Origin: Mycobacterium leprae TN
GTDB taxonomy: Bacteria > Actinomycetota > Actinomycetes > Mycobacteriales > Mycobacteriaceae
Direction: 5' to 3'
Length of the DNA stretch: 32,000 bases
NCBI RefSeq assembly: GCF_000195855.1
Contig: NC_002677.1
Location: forward strand, 2,790,001 to 2,822,000
The number at the start of each line of letters is the position of its first letter. The stretch's first letter is position 1. The position numbers and the translations under genes were made by a program. This document shows positions 1-9,403 of this stretch, one piece after another. Below the pieces are notes generated by a model. That model made no database searches. It was given only the letters and a program-made list of their open reading frames with translations, and had not been told where the DNA came from.

Positions 1-1
1 A

Positions 2-766
2 CCCGAAGATGCTCAGCGCCGCGAACTAGGCCTGCCAAAAGCAACCTCACTCTCGACACGACGGATCGTGAAACGAGGGGCGCTCGAGATCCAGGCCTAT
101 GACGAGCTCTGCTTTCCTGGGTTGGCCGCAGAGTGGGCAGAATACGGTGACCGCAGGCCCTTTGTTGGCGCACTAACCCTAGAGTTACCGACGGCCGCTG
201 ACAACGAAGTCTTGTCATGGATAGCTGCCGGGACACCGCCAATCTACTTCGGCTTCGGCAGCATGCCGATCGTATCACCAACCGATACGGTCGCGATGAT
301 TGCCGCAGCCTGTGCGGATTTAGGGGAACGTGCGTTAATTTCCGTTAAACCTAAGGACTTAACCCAGGTGCCCAAGTTTGACCACGTCAAGATAGTGACA
401 TCAGTAAGTCATGCGGCCGTATTTCCCGCCTGCCGCGCCGTCGTGCACCATGGTGGCGCCGGAACCACTGCCGCAAGCCTGAGGGCCGGAGTCCCAACAC
501 TGATCCTCTGGATCTTTATCGAACAGCCGGTCTGGGCAGCTCAGATCAAGCGGCTGAAAGTCGGTGCAGGCCGGCGATTCTCCGCCACCACCCAAAGGTC
601 ACTGGCCGCTGATCTCCGCACGATCCTTGCCCCGCAGTACGCTACCCGTGCTCGCGAGGTCGCGAATCGGATGAGCAAACCTGACGAAAGCGTTAACGCC
701 GCTGCGGATCTGTTGGAAGACAAGGCCAGTCGGAATAAATCCAGAACTCGGTATCAGGACTGTTGA
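2..766 (+). CDS. GT1-family (UDP-glycosyltransferase/MGT-like) glycosyltransferase, C-terminal ~255 aa; 5' end lies outside the window
   Basis: The frame of the listed ORF 68..766 stays open back to nt 2 ([26 protein letters not shown]...), so the GTG at 68 is not the real start. The C-terminal nucleotide-sugar binding signature [22 protein letters not shown]...EQPVWA is typical of GT1 enzymes such as the PGL rhamnosyl/fucosyl-transferases Rv2958c/Rv2962c. The gene is convergent with papA5. Confidence 0.8.
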   Translation, partial: PEDAQRRELGLPKATSLSTRRIVKRGALEIQAYDELCFPGLAAEWAEYGDRRPFVGALTLELPTAADNEVLSWIAAGTPPIYFGFGSMPIVSPTDTVAMIAAACADLGERALISVKPKDLTQVPKFDHVKIVTSVSHAAVFPACRAVVHHGGAGTTAASLRAGVPTLILWIFIEQPVWAAQIKRLKVGAGRRFSATTQRSLAADLRTILAPQYATRAREVANRMSKPDESVNAAADLLEDKASRNKSRTRYQDC

Positions 767-911
767 GGTCCCGTTCCGGCAACCGCACAGACGGCCCAGT
801 CGGAGGCATCAGGGGCTTCCAATGACACCACAACAGGTCGTCTCGCACGGAGATGCCCTCGGCCCCGACCCCCGGGTGCAAGCCATTATCTACAACGGTG
901 GACACTACACG

Positions 912-2183
912 TCACTCCATAATCCAGCCGTACTCCGAGGGAACAGTGCACAGCAGGGAACGTATTGCCTCGAGAGCCTTTGCCGGTTCCTCGATATGTC
1001 CGTGATGCTCGATGATCAGTTGGCCTTCGTAGACACCGCAGGAGTAGAGATCCAGGGGGACACTAATCGAACAATAGAACCGGCCCTGAATGTCTTCAAT
1101 CGCAAGATCCGGTGGTGTACGCATCGTCGGGAACGCAGTGGCATCAGTGCAGAAGACAAGTGGCGGCAACCCGGGCGGAGTTCCCTCGAATGCCGTACCA
1201 AAGTGCAGGCCCGACTGCTGAACCACGCCGTTGGCTAAGTCAGCCCGAAGTGTGGCAACGATATCGGTTGCCAGATCAACGATGTCGGTGTCCTGTCCGA
1301 TCTCAGCAAGGTAACCCGCCGCCCCGAGTAAATTGGTGCTTTCGGTCGGGGCCACAGGAGGGGCAAGAACATATCGCAAATCGACGGGGTAAACATAGGG
1401 AATTGGAACGTGCGGGGTTTCGCGGAGTCGCCATTCGGTCATCAGAATGGCCGCCGCTACCACGGCGTTGATGCTGAGCCGATGTTCACGACCGAACGCC
1501 GCGAGATCCGATGTCTCCTGCTTAGTGAGCCAGAGTCTGGTTACCGGAACAGCTTGAGGCAATCCAGGTTCGGCGAGGACAGCCGGCGTCCCGGTGGCAG
1601 GAAGGTCATAAGCATACATCACCGACATAAAGCGCTCAGCTCCCGAAAGGGCATGTTTCTTGACACCCCGCTGTTGTAGCACGGCCTCCATAGACAGCGG
1701 TGTAGCCTGGGGGATTATCGGGCCAGGGTCACCAGTAGTCACCACGTCGGTGTAGCGGGAGAACAGCTCATCGACCAAAACGGCCCCATGGTGACCATCA
1801 GCCATGCTGTGATGAATATAGAGTACGAGCTCACCTCCTCCCTCACGGGGGGTAAGTCGCAGATTCAATAGGGAAACGCTCTGGTCGAGCCGCGTTTCGG
1901 ACTGTATTCCACCACAACCCGACTGCGCCCCGTTGTTAGCGTCAACAACACAGATCCCAGGGTGGAGCAGGTCGTCGGCAACGAGGTTCCAACCGCCATC
2001 GGAGCTTGTCTCAAGATGACTGGCCAAAACTGGATGAGCCTGCACGAGCGCGTCGAAGGCCTCCGACAGCGCATCAATATCTAGAACACCGCGCAACTGG
2101 ATCGTCATAGAAGTGAAAACTTCGTATCGCGCGAAAACTTCCTCACTGTGCGACAGCTTTCGGATCACGGATCCGGCGAACAC
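912..2183 (-). CDS. papA5: Phthiocerol/phthiodiolone dimycocerosyl transferase PapA5 (condensation-domain-like acyltransferase)
   Basis: 423-aa ORF with a GTG start at 2181-2183, preceded by GGGAG 7 nt upstream. The N-terminus MFAGSVIRKLSHSEEVFARYEVFTSMTIQLRG and C-terminus SEYGWIME match PapA5 as I recall it. The catalytic HHxxxDG motif is present as HHSMADG (aa 124-130, nt 1794-1814). Confidence 0.95.
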   Translation of the reverse strand: MFAGSVIRKLSHSEEVFARYEVFTSMTIQLRGVLDIDALSEAFDALVQAHPVLASHLETSSDGGWNLVADDLLHPGICVVDANNGAQSGCGGIQSETRLDQSVSLLNLRLTPREGGGELVLYIHHSMADGHHGAVLVDELFSRYTDVVTTGDPGPIIPQATPLSMEAVLQQRGVKKHALSGAERFMSVMYAYDLPATGTPAVLAEPGLPQAVPVTRLWLTKQETSDLAAFGREHRLSINAVVAAAILMTEWRLRETPHVPIPYVYPVDLRYVLAPPVAPTESTNLLGAAGYLAEIGQDTDIVDLATDIVATLRADLANGVVQQSGLHFGTAFEGTPPGLPPLVFCTDATAFPTMRTPPDLAIEDIQGRFYCSISVPLDLYSCGVYEGQLIIEHHGHIEEPAKALEAIRSLLCTVPSEYGWIME

Positions 2184-2190
2184 CTCAAGA

Positions 2191-2195
2191 CTCCC
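2191..2195 (-). promoter_or_regulatory. Probable Shine-Dalgarno GGGAG for papA5
   Basis: The minus strand reads cagttGGGAGtcttgagGTG, placing the SD 7 nt upstream of the GTG at 2181-2183, within the 48-nt drrC-papA5 spacer. Confidence 0.55.
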
Positions 2196-2231
2196 AACTG
2201 GTCACCACATGCGGGGCCACCACATATTGCG

Positions 2232-3062
2232 TCAATGCGTACACGCCCGTCGATAGCCGACTCCCAGGGGTACCGCACAGGAGGCACAAATGCCTGCGGT
2301 CCACACCAGCATAGCAACCATCGAAGCTAAGACTGGCCCCCCCATCGATAATCCGCGCATCGCCGCAATAGCGTAGCTCACCGGTTGATGAGCGACTAAA
2401 GGCTGAATCCATCCTGGATACTGGTTTAGTGGTACCAGACCGGTGGACAAAAAGACCGCGATTGCTTGCACCAACTCAACCGCTTCAACCACGAATGTTT
2501 GCTCTGTGTAAAGCGCCACGGTAGTCACCATAACGGCGATGGCAATACCAAATATCACCGGGACACTAACCCACATAAGGCTTGCAATCACACCTTGCCG
2601 AAACCGGAAACCGAGTATCACCCCAGTAACCAGCATCACAAGGGTGGTGACGAAAGTCCGAATTGTGTTTGCGAGGATTCGAGCAAGCAAACCCGATGCC
2701 CGATGAATGGGCAACACCCATAGTCGGGAAAGCAGACCGATGGAACGCTCGCGCACAAGGTCGATAGCGACGAATGTTGAACCAGTGATCGCGGCGCCAA
2801 GGGTGATTAGTGGCACAAAGCTGTATAGCCCGCTGTCGTAAGTTACAACGTAAGCCAGATTACCCAGCACGATGTTCAACACCACCAGAAACAAAATCGG
2901 CAACACGAGCGCACCAATGATGGTGACATAATCGCGCGCCCACCGAGTGAGTAACCGCTTGGTCTGCAACAAAGTCTGCGAAACGAGCGCCCGAACAGAA
3001 TTGTTCGGGTACTGCAAGCTCGCGGGTACCAGTCCTACTGTTTGACTTATCATAGTGATCAT
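2232..3062 (-). CDS. drrC: ABC-2 type transporter permease DrrC
   Basis: 276-aa polytopic hydrophobic ORF, the same length as M. tuberculosis DrrC. Its ATG (3060-3062) overlaps the drrB TGA (3059-3061) as ATGA. Position in the drrABC set supports the call. Confidence 0.9.
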   Translation of the reverse strand: MITMISQTVGLVPASLQYPNNSVRALVSQTLLQTKRLLTRWARDYVTIIGALVLPILFLVVLNIVLGNLAYVVTYDSGLYSFVPLITLGAAITGSTFVAIDLVRERSIGLLSRLWVLPIHRASGLLARILANTIRTFVTTLVMLVTGVILGFRFRQGVIASLMWVSVPVIFGIAIAVMVTTVALYTEQTFVVEAVELVQAIAVFLSTGLVPLNQYPGWIQPLVAHQPVSYAIAAMRGLSMGGPVLASMVAMLVWTAGICASCAVPLGVGYRRACTH

Positions 3063-3925
3063 GTCCGTCTAAACAAAATGACGAGGCATATGGGCACCAG
3101 AACCACCAGGAAACCGAACAGCCACGCCAACGTCGGAACCATAACAGACCACGCCACTGGTATGACTGTCTTAGTGGTCTCCCCGGCCAGTGCGCGTAAC
3201 GCCACCACGAACTGGGAGACTGGTTGGTTAAGGACAAAAGGGTGAATCCAGCGAGGAAACAGTTTGACTGGCATGAGACCGACCGACAACAGTCCGAAGA
3301 TCAAGATCGGCAAAGTCAGTAGCGGCAGCATCGCGTCGGGATTCCTGATCGCAGTGCCAAGCAGGTCAGCGGCGAATGACAGCGCGGCTCCGATTGCGAG
3401 CACCAATGCACAAAATCCAACGATATAGAGGGGACCGCGATGGAACTGGAATCCGATCACGTGTCCACAAATCAGCGCTACCCCCATACCCCAACAGCAT
3501 CGCTGCACGGCATCCGTCACACGGGCGAGCACCGGCGTCACCGGAGCGATCGGCATAGTACGAAACCGTCGACTTATGCCTCTCAGAGAATCGGTTGCTG
3601 CCCGGAAGGCTGATCCGATCGCGGCGAATGCGATAGACTGCAGCACGATCAACGGAGTGACGTATTGCCCTAAGTTACTGGCGATGCCTGAGCTAGGGCC
3701 ACCCACAAAATGATTCCACGGTATGGCAAACGGTAGATAGAGGCCCACCGTGAATACCACTGGTGCGCCAATTTGGATTGTTTTCTCAAACACAAACAAC
3801 TTGATGTCCGTATAATAGCGCGTAGTGAGCGCCCACCACTGCCGGAGCGTCGACCGACGTGGCTTTGCCATGATTGTGCTTGGCCACCTCGAGGCCGGAA
3901 TCGGAGCTAGTGCCGGCATGCTCAT
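3059..3925 (-). CDS. drrB: ABC-2 type transporter permease DrrB
   Basis: 288-aa hydrophobic multi-span ORF. Its ATG (3923-3925) overlaps the drrA TGA (3922-3924) as ATGA. Size and position match DrrB. Confidence 0.9.
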   Translation of the reverse strand: MSMPALAPIPASRWPSTIMAKPRRSTLRQWWALTTRYYTDIKLFVFEKTIQIGAPVVFTVGLYLPFAIPWNHFVGGPSSGIASNLGQYVTPLIVLQSIAFAAIGSAFRAATDSLRGISRRFRTMPIAPVTPVLARVTDAVQRCCWGMGVALICGHVIGFQFHRGPLYIVGFCALVLAIGAALSFAADLLGTAIRNPDAMLPLLTLPILIFGLLSVGLMPVKLFPRWIHPFVLNQPVSQFVVALRALAGETTKTVIPVAWSVMVPTLAWLFGFLVVLVPICLVILFRRT

Positions 3926-4917
3926 CGCATCGCCCCCGCCGCTAGATGGCTCAGCGACTCACTGGGATCCGTTGTCATCGAAAGGAATACGTCATCGAGC
4001 GACGGCCGGCGTAGCGCAATGTCAGCCAGCTCAACACTCACCTCGTCGATCCGACGTGCAGCCTCGATAAGCGTCTGCGTGCCATCCGGCGCCGGCATCG
4101 TAATCCGGTCTGACGTGGGCGTGAGCATCGCCCTGCTGCGCTCGGGCAACAGCGAACCCAGCGCTGCGACGACAGTGCCCAGATCCTTCAAATCGCGCGG
4201 TACTATTTCACAAAAAGTCTCACCAACACGGTGCTTGAGCTCACTCGCGGTGCCTTCTGCAATGACCGTACCGTGGTCGATCAAGATGATCCGATCACTG
4301 AGCTCATCCGCCTCCTCGAGATACTGCGTAGTCAGCAGTGTGGCAATACCGATCTGTTTGAAACTGGCCACTAGATCCCAAATAGCTTGCCGACTCCGCG
4401 GATCCAACCCGGTTGTGGGCTCATCCAAGAATGCCACTTGGGGTTGAACCACCAATCCGCACGCGATATCTATCCGCCGACGCATCCCGCCCGAGTACGT
4501 GCCCACCCGCCGCTTCCCGGCGTGCAGGAGGTCAAATTGCTCGAGCAGTTCTTGCGTCCGCACGCGCGCCACAGATTTGCTCAGCCCATACAGACGACCG
4601 AATAAAATTAGGTTCTGCTCACCGGAAAGCTGGTCATCGACAGCTACTTGCTGTCCGGTGACCATGATCGAGCGACGCACCCCGGCCGGTTCGGAAACCA
4701 CGTCGTAGCCGGCGACGGTAGCCAAGCCACGATCCGGCCGGGTCAACGTCGACAAGATGTCCACCATGGTCGTCTTGCCGGCACCGTTCGGGCCGAGCAG
4801 ACCGATCACTTCACCGCGATCCACGTCGAAACTAACATCATCCAGGGCGATAATCTTGCCCTTGCCGTAGGTCTTACGAACCCCGCGAACCATCACGGCC
4901 TTGTCGTTGTTGCGCAT
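3922..4917 (-). CDS. drrA: ABC transporter ATP-binding protein DrrA
   Basis: Walker A GPNGAGKT (nt 4771-4794), ABC signature YSGGMRRR and Walker B VAFLDEPTTGLD are all present. I chose the start ATG 4915-4917 (MRNNDKAVMV...), which gives 331 aa and sits 4 nt downstream of GGAGGA (4922-4927) just after the ppsE stop. The longest ORF (to 5007) would overlap ppsE by 80 nt and has no SD. Confidence 0.9.
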   Translation of the reverse strand: MRNNDKAVMVRGVRKTYGKGKIIALDDVSFDVDRGEVIGLLGPNGAGKTTMVDILSTLTRPDRGLATVAGYDVVSEPAGVRRSIMVTGQQVAVDDQLSGEQNLILFGRLYGLSKSVARVRTQELLEQFDLLHAGKRRVGTYSGGMRRRIDIACGLVVQPQVAFLDEPTTGLDPRSRQAIWDLVASFKQIGIATLLTTQYLEEADELSDRIILIDHGTVIAEGTASELKHRVGETFCEIVPRDLKDLGTVVAALGSLLPERSRAMLTPTSDRITMPAPDGTQTLIEAARRIDEVSVELADIALRRPSLDDVFLSMTTDPSESLSHLAAGAMR

Positions 4918-4921
4918 CCGA

Positions 4922-4927
4922 TCCTCC
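4922..4927 (-). promoter_or_regulatory. Shine-Dalgarno GGAGGA for drrA
   Basis: The minus strand reads TGA GGAGGA TCGG ATG. The SD comes immediately after the ppsE stop (4928-4930) and 4 nt before the drrA ATG (4915-4917). Confidence 0.75.
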
Positions 4928-7900
4928 TCAGCCGGCATCCAGGGTTGACAGGTCCACCAGAACGCCCGCTTGGGGTGCCCCAGCCATTTCACTCTCGTCG
5001 TGCGCATCCTTTTGCGTAGCTATGCCTTCCTGGATCAACTTGCTAAGCGTGACCGGGAAGGACTGCGCGAGTGCTTCTGCTGTTACCTGCGGAATCCGCC
5101 GGATGTCGTACCACCAATCTAGATGCAGTGAACCACCAAACCGATACGTCCGAAGTTCGATGGCGTGGCCCATCCCAGGAACCGGTTCTTGCACCGGAAT
5201 CGTCATGTCCGAGTCGAACTGTACCGTAGCATCGACGGATGGCGGCTCAGGGACAACGCCCACGTACCGAAAGTGAATGTCAGGCGTGCGCTGCGCACTG
5301 AATACACGTCCGGTCGGCGCGTACATATACCGCAGCAATCCGTATCCAATTCCGTAATGCGGAATGGATTTAAGGGTGTTATGAACAGCGTCTAGTTGCG
5401 CAAGCGCGCCCTGGCCCTTCACGCAGACCAGCGGAATTGGGTAATAGTTCGTGAACCAACCGATTGTTCTGCGCACGTCGACGTCCGGCCGCAACACCGA
5501 ACGGCCCTCGCCCTCAAGCTCTACGGCGACCACACCATCACCGACCGTTTGGGCAATTGTGCGACCAAGCGCGGCCAGCACGATCGCCTGAATCGATCGG
5601 CGAAACCTACGCCGGGCATCATCCAGCTCGGACGTCTGCTCAACGCTTAGCGTGCACGGCATCCTAATCAGATCGTCGGCACCGGGCGGTTGAATAACAT
5701 CTGTATTGAGCGAGACATCAGCCAACCACAAGTTCACCTTGTTCGCATTCTCGATCCAAAAAGAGCGAGTGTCGAGGGCTGCCGGATGCGTCGCAAGGGC
5801 CGCGCAGCGCAGTGACCATTCCCGCCACCCAGTGGTGACCGGTTCCAGCGTGATCTCCTCGCCGGCCAGCCGCTGCCCAAACGCGGTGATGATATCGGTC
5901 CCCAAGATTTGGCGCGATGCATCGTCGATAACCATCTGGTGCACGGCAAGACCGAGATAGTGCGGACCACCGTGAGCGGTTGTGATCTGCACGGCGGTCA
6001 GTGGCTCGTTCAAATCACTTTGACTAGCAATGAGTTCGGCCAGAATACTGGATACCACGGCCCGTTCCTCTGCACTGCCGGCGGCTACACCGTCGGGAAG
6101 CGTCTGGGTCAAGAGCCGAGTGAATTCTCCGGTCGCCGCGATGTGCTGTTCCCACATTCCGTCGTTGTCGACGAGGCTGAGGCGCAAGACGTCGTGGTGA
6201 TTGACCACTGCGGTCAGCACGGCTCGAATGTCGTCTGACCCTATCTTGGGGTCAAGCCGCAGGATCAATGGAACGCGCCAGCGGCCAGTGTCGCACAACC
6301 CCCGCTCGAGGAAGTAAGCAATGTTGGGTGGAACCGCCGGATGCGCCGCGGCCTCCGGTGGTTTCGCCAACCCACTCGACGCGAATGAGGCATCGACGGC
6401 AGCCGTCAACGAGGCCAGAGTCGGGTGCTCGTACATATCCTGCGGTGTGATGGTCATACCCTCGTTGGCCGCGGCCATCGAGATGCTGATCGCCATCAAG
6501 GAGTCGCCGCCTAGATCAAAGAAATTGGCATTCCGATCTACTGAACTGACACCTAAGCACTGTGACCAGATGCGCTGCAACGTGGCCTCAGTCTGCGACT
6601 CCCCGCCTCGCACCCCTTCAACGGTGGCGGAATCGACGCTGGAGTCAACCGGCGAACCACTGCTCGCGCCGGGAATCTGCGCCCAGATCGTATATCGGGG
6701 TTCGACCCAATGACGTTGTCGAGCAAACGGATATCCGGGCAAGGAAACGAGGTGCGGCATGACCGAACGCTGCGGCGCCCAGTCAACTTCGATTCCAGCC
6801 GACCAGAGTTCACCCAGTGCGCGCAGGAACGTGTCGTGGTCATCAACGTTCTGAAGCGGATGGCGCATGAGCCGAACAGCGCGGTGCCCACTCGACCACC
6901 TCGGGTGACGCATCGCCGAACCGGTCAAGCTGCCACCGGGACCAACTTCGACAAGGACTCGCCCGGATTGCGACAGCACCACGTCTAGCTCGTCGGCGAA
7001 GCGGATCGTGGAACTGATTTGACGTGTCCAGTTTTCCGGATCGGTGACCTGCTGCTCGGACATCCAGGTTCCGGTGAGGTTGCTCAGCAACGGTGTGTTC
7101 GGAACGCGAAGCTGTTGACGAGAAAGGAATTCGGAGAATTCTCTCAGCATAGGCTCCATCGAGCTTGTATGGAACGCATGAGTGGCACGGACCCGACGTA
7201 CGGGTATCCCCACCTCGTCAAGACGTTGGCTGAACGCGCGAATCTGGTCTTTGGGCCCGGCGACCACGCAGTTACCGGGATCGTTAACGGCGGACAACTC
7301 GACGCCCTTAGCAGAATACTCTGCTAAGTACTCGGTGATGTCCTCGGGGCCCAGCGCCACCGCAACCATGGCTCCCGGCGGCGACTCATGCATCAAACGG
7401 GCACGCAACGACACCGTTTTGATCGCCGTCTCGAGGTCGAATACCCCGGCCAAGGTGGCTGCGATATACTCGCCAGTGCTGTATCCGATGTAGGCCCCGG
7501 CACCTACGCCAAAGCTTTCGACCAACTTCGCCAGTGCGTATTCCACCGTGAACAGCGCCGGTTGCGAACGGTCGATGCGCTCCAGATCGATTGCGGTACC
7601 ATTGAATATCGCCGAATGCAAATCCAGGTCATCCATCGCTTCGCGGAATCCGGCAGAACAGGTGTCGAAGTGTTCAGCGAAGACGGACTCTGTGTCGTAG
7701 AGTCCTTTGGCCATTCCAACGTGCTGAGCACCTTGCCCGGGAAACAGGAAAACGACGCGATCTGACCCCAAGGTGGTGATTGAGGCGGCGGCACTGCGCC
7801 CGGTATCAGCACCGGATTCGCCAACGAAAACATTGTCGTGCTCGGCCGCCCGCAGAACCGTGACCGCATGCTCCCGGTCACGGACGACGGCAGCCATCGT

Positions 7901-9397
7901 GATGTTGTGCTTTCGGCGCCCGGCCAACGTATAAGCGACGTCGGACAGGTCCGGTGCGCCTGGTTTTTCTAACACCGTGGCCAGAGCTTCCCGCGATTCA
8001 CCAAGCGCCGCAGCGGTTTGCGCTGACAGAAGGATCACCTGGGGACCGGTCGACGCAGCAACAGTGGATGCTTCAACTGATGCTTCTTCCAAGACGACGT
8101 GGACGTTGGTACCACCGACCCCGAACGAGCTGACCCCTGCCCGACGCACGCCGTCCCACTTCCATGGGCCGTAATTGCTTTGCACGACGAACGGAGTTTG
8201 GTCCAGACGCAGCTCCCGATTCGGACTGGTGTAGTGCAACGTCGCGGGAATCGCCTTGTTCTTCAGGCACAAAATCGTTTTGATCAGACCCGCGATTCCG
8301 GCGGCAACTTCTAAGTGGCCGATGTTCGATTTGACCGACCCCAGTACACATGGGCCCGGGCGGGGTATCTGCGACACTTCGAATGCCGTTTTCAACCCTT
8401 GGATTTCGATGGGGTCCCCGAGCGGGGTACCGGTTCCATGGGTCTCGACATAGCTCACAGTCGACGAATCAATACCGGCCACCGCATGAGCTTCCGCGAT
8501 GACATCGGCTTGAGCGGCAGGATTGGGCGCCGCGTAACCCATTTTCATGGATCCATCGTTGTTGATCGCTGACCCGAGGATGACGGCATGAATTCGGTCG
8601 CTGGCGTCGATGGCGGCCTGCAACGGCTTGAGGGCCACTAACGCAACACCACTGCCGAAGACAGTACCGTCGGCCCGCACGTCGAAGGGCCGACAGTGGC
8701 CAACAGCCGAGACCATCGATCCCGGGGAGTGCCAGTAACCGACACGGTGCGGAATGCACAACGACGATCCGCCGGCCAGTGCCATGTCGCATTCGCCGGA
8801 CAGCAGACTCAGGCAGGCCAGATGCAGCGCGACGAGCGACGACGAGCACGCGGTTTGAACCGCAATACTCGGGCCGCGCAAGTTGAACGCGTGCGATATC
8901 CGAGTTGCCAAGAAGTCTTTGTCGTTCTGTAGGAACAGACTGAACTGGTCGAAGTTGAGTCCCTCAGCCAAAACGGTGTGGGGGTCGCGATGCGACAACA
9001 GGTTATGCAAGAGATAACCGCTGGGAGAACTGGTTCCGTATACTCCGATCGAGCCGTCGAACTGCGCGGGGTCACAACCTGCATCCTCTAGCGCATGCCA
9101 CGCGCACTGAAGGAACAACCGGTGTTGTGGATCCAATACCTGCGCGGCCAGCGGCGGCAGACCGAAGAAGTCAGCATCAAACTCGTCGATCCCGTCGAGT
9201 AACGGTGCGCGACGCACATACGCCGGATCGGCCAGTGCTTTGTCGCTGACCCCGTTGTCGCGCAGCTCTTGCTCAGACAGGGTGACGATCGACTCCTTGC
9301 CGCGCCGAAGGTTGGTCCAGAACGCCGACACATCGTTGGCGCCCGGAAATTTGCCGGCCATGCCGACCACCGCGATCGCGTTGTCGGGGGTAATCAC
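4928..9397 (-). CDS. ppsE: Type I polyketide synthase PpsE (KS-AT-ACP-condensation domain), terminal phthiocerol module
   Basis: 1489-aa ORF with a GTG start at 9395-9397, 9 nt downstream of GGGAGGA. KS: QTACSSS, Cys184 at nt 8846-8848. AT: GYSTGE, Ser640 at nt 7478-7480, and HAFH at nt 7169-7180. ACP: LGGDSLMA, Ser966 at nt 6500-6502. The C-terminal ~450 aa form a condensation-like domain (nt ~4988-6340) carrying the motif HQMVIDD. Confidence 0.95.
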   Translation of the reverse strand: MITPDNAIAVVGMAGKFPGANDVSAFWTNLRRGKESIVTLSEQELRDNGVSDKALADPAYVRRAPLLDGIDEFDADFFGLPPLAAQVLDPQHRLFLQCAWHALEDAGCDPAQFDGSIGVYGTSSPSGYLLHNLLSHRDPHTVLAEGLNFDQFSLFLQNDKDFLATRISHAFNLRGPSIAVQTACSSSLVALHLACLSLLSGECDMALAGGSSLCIPHRVGYWHSPGSMVSAVGHCRPFDVRADGTVFGSGVALVALKPLQAAIDASDRIHAVILGSAINNDGSMKMGYAAPNPAAQADVIAEAHAVAGIDSSTVSYVETHGTGTPLGDPIEIQGLKTAFEVSQIPRPGPCVLGSVKSNIGHLEVAAGIAGLIKTILCLKNKAIPATLHYTSPNRELRLDQTPFVVQSNYGPWKWDGVRRAGVSSFGVGGTNVHVVLEEASVEASTVAASTGPQVILLSAQTAAALGESREALATVLEKPGAPDLSDVAYTLAGRRKHNITMAAVVRDREHAVTVLRAAEHDNVFVGESGADTGRSAAASITTLGSDRVVFLFPGQGAQHVGMAKGLYDTESVFAEHFDTCSAGFREAMDDLDLHSAIFNGTAIDLERIDRSQPALFTVEYALAKLVESFGVGAGAYIGYSTGEYIAATLAGVFDLETAIKTVSLRARLMHESPPGAMVAVALGPEDITEYLAEYSAKGVELSAVNDPGNCVVAGPKDQIRAFSQRLDEVGIPVRRVRATHAFHTSSMEPMLREFSEFLSRQQLRVPNTPLLSNLTGTWMSEQQVTDPENWTRQISSTIRFADELDVVLSQSGRVLVEVGPGGSLTGSAMRHPRWSSGHRAVRLMRHPLQNVDDHDTFLRALGELWSAGIEVDWAPQRSVMPHLVSLPGYPFARQRHWVEPRYTIWAQIPGASSGSPVDSSVDSATVEGVRGGESQTEATLQRIWSQCLGVSSVDRNANFFDLGGDSLMAISISMAAANEGMTITPQDMYEHPTLASLTAAVDASFASSGLAKPPEAAAHPAVPPNIAYFLERGLCDTGRWRVPLILRLDPKIGSDDIRAVLTAVVNHHDVLRLSLVDNDGMWEQHIAATGEFTRLLTQTLPDGVAAGSAEERAVVSSILAELIASQSDLNEPLTAVQITTAHGGPHYLGLAVHQMVIDDASRQILGTDIITAFGQRLAGEEITLEPVTTGWREWSLRCAALATHPAALDTRSFWIENANKVNLWLADVSLNTDVIQPPGADDLIRMPCTLSVEQTSELDDARRRFRRSIQAIVLAALGRTIAQTVGDGVVAVELEGEGRSVLRPDVDVRRTIGWFTNYYPIPLVCVKGQGALAQLDAVHNTLKSIPHYGIGYGLLRYMYAPTGRVFSAQRTPDIHFRYVGVVPEPPSVDATVQFDSDMTIPVQEPVPGMGHAIELRTYRFGGSLHLDWWYDIRRIPQVTAEALAQSFPVTLSKLIQEGIATQKDAHDESEMAGAPQAGVLVDLSTLDAG
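4988..6340 (-). other. C-terminal condensation (C)-like domain of PpsE
   Basis: About 450 aa follow the ACP. The stretch LGLAVHQMVIDDASRQIL aligns with PapA5 LVLYIHHSMADGHHGAVL, so the HHxxxDG position reads HQxxxDD. Confidence 0.7.
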
Positions 9398-9403
9398 TGG
9401 TTT

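Noticed and set aside
68-70. GTG at 68 as the start of the glycosyltransferase, and GTG at 31970-31972 as the start of the fadD26-like ORF
   Set aside because: In both cases the reading frame remains open to the window edge, and the upstream residues continue the conserved protein. These are internal codons of genes truncated by the window.
767-911. Expected bidirectional intrinsic terminator between the convergent GT gene and papA5
   Set aside because: I could find only weak, short stems (e.g. cgtctc/gagatg around 839-855, including a G:U pair) and no U-tract. This is not enough to call a terminator. Mycobacterial terminators are often non-canonical, so absence here is uninformative.
822-1238. 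Plus-strand ORF (138 aa) starting in the GT/papA5 intergenic gap and running into papA5
   Set aside because: About 75% of it is antisense to the well-conserved PapA5 C-terminus. It has no SD or motif support, and its composition is typical of an antisense artefact.
4918-5007. The longest-ORF start for drrA (361 aa)
   Set aside because: It would overlap ppsE by 80 nt, add a Trp- and Arg-rich non-conserved leader, and ignore the strong GGAGGA placed just upstream of the ATG at 4915-4917.
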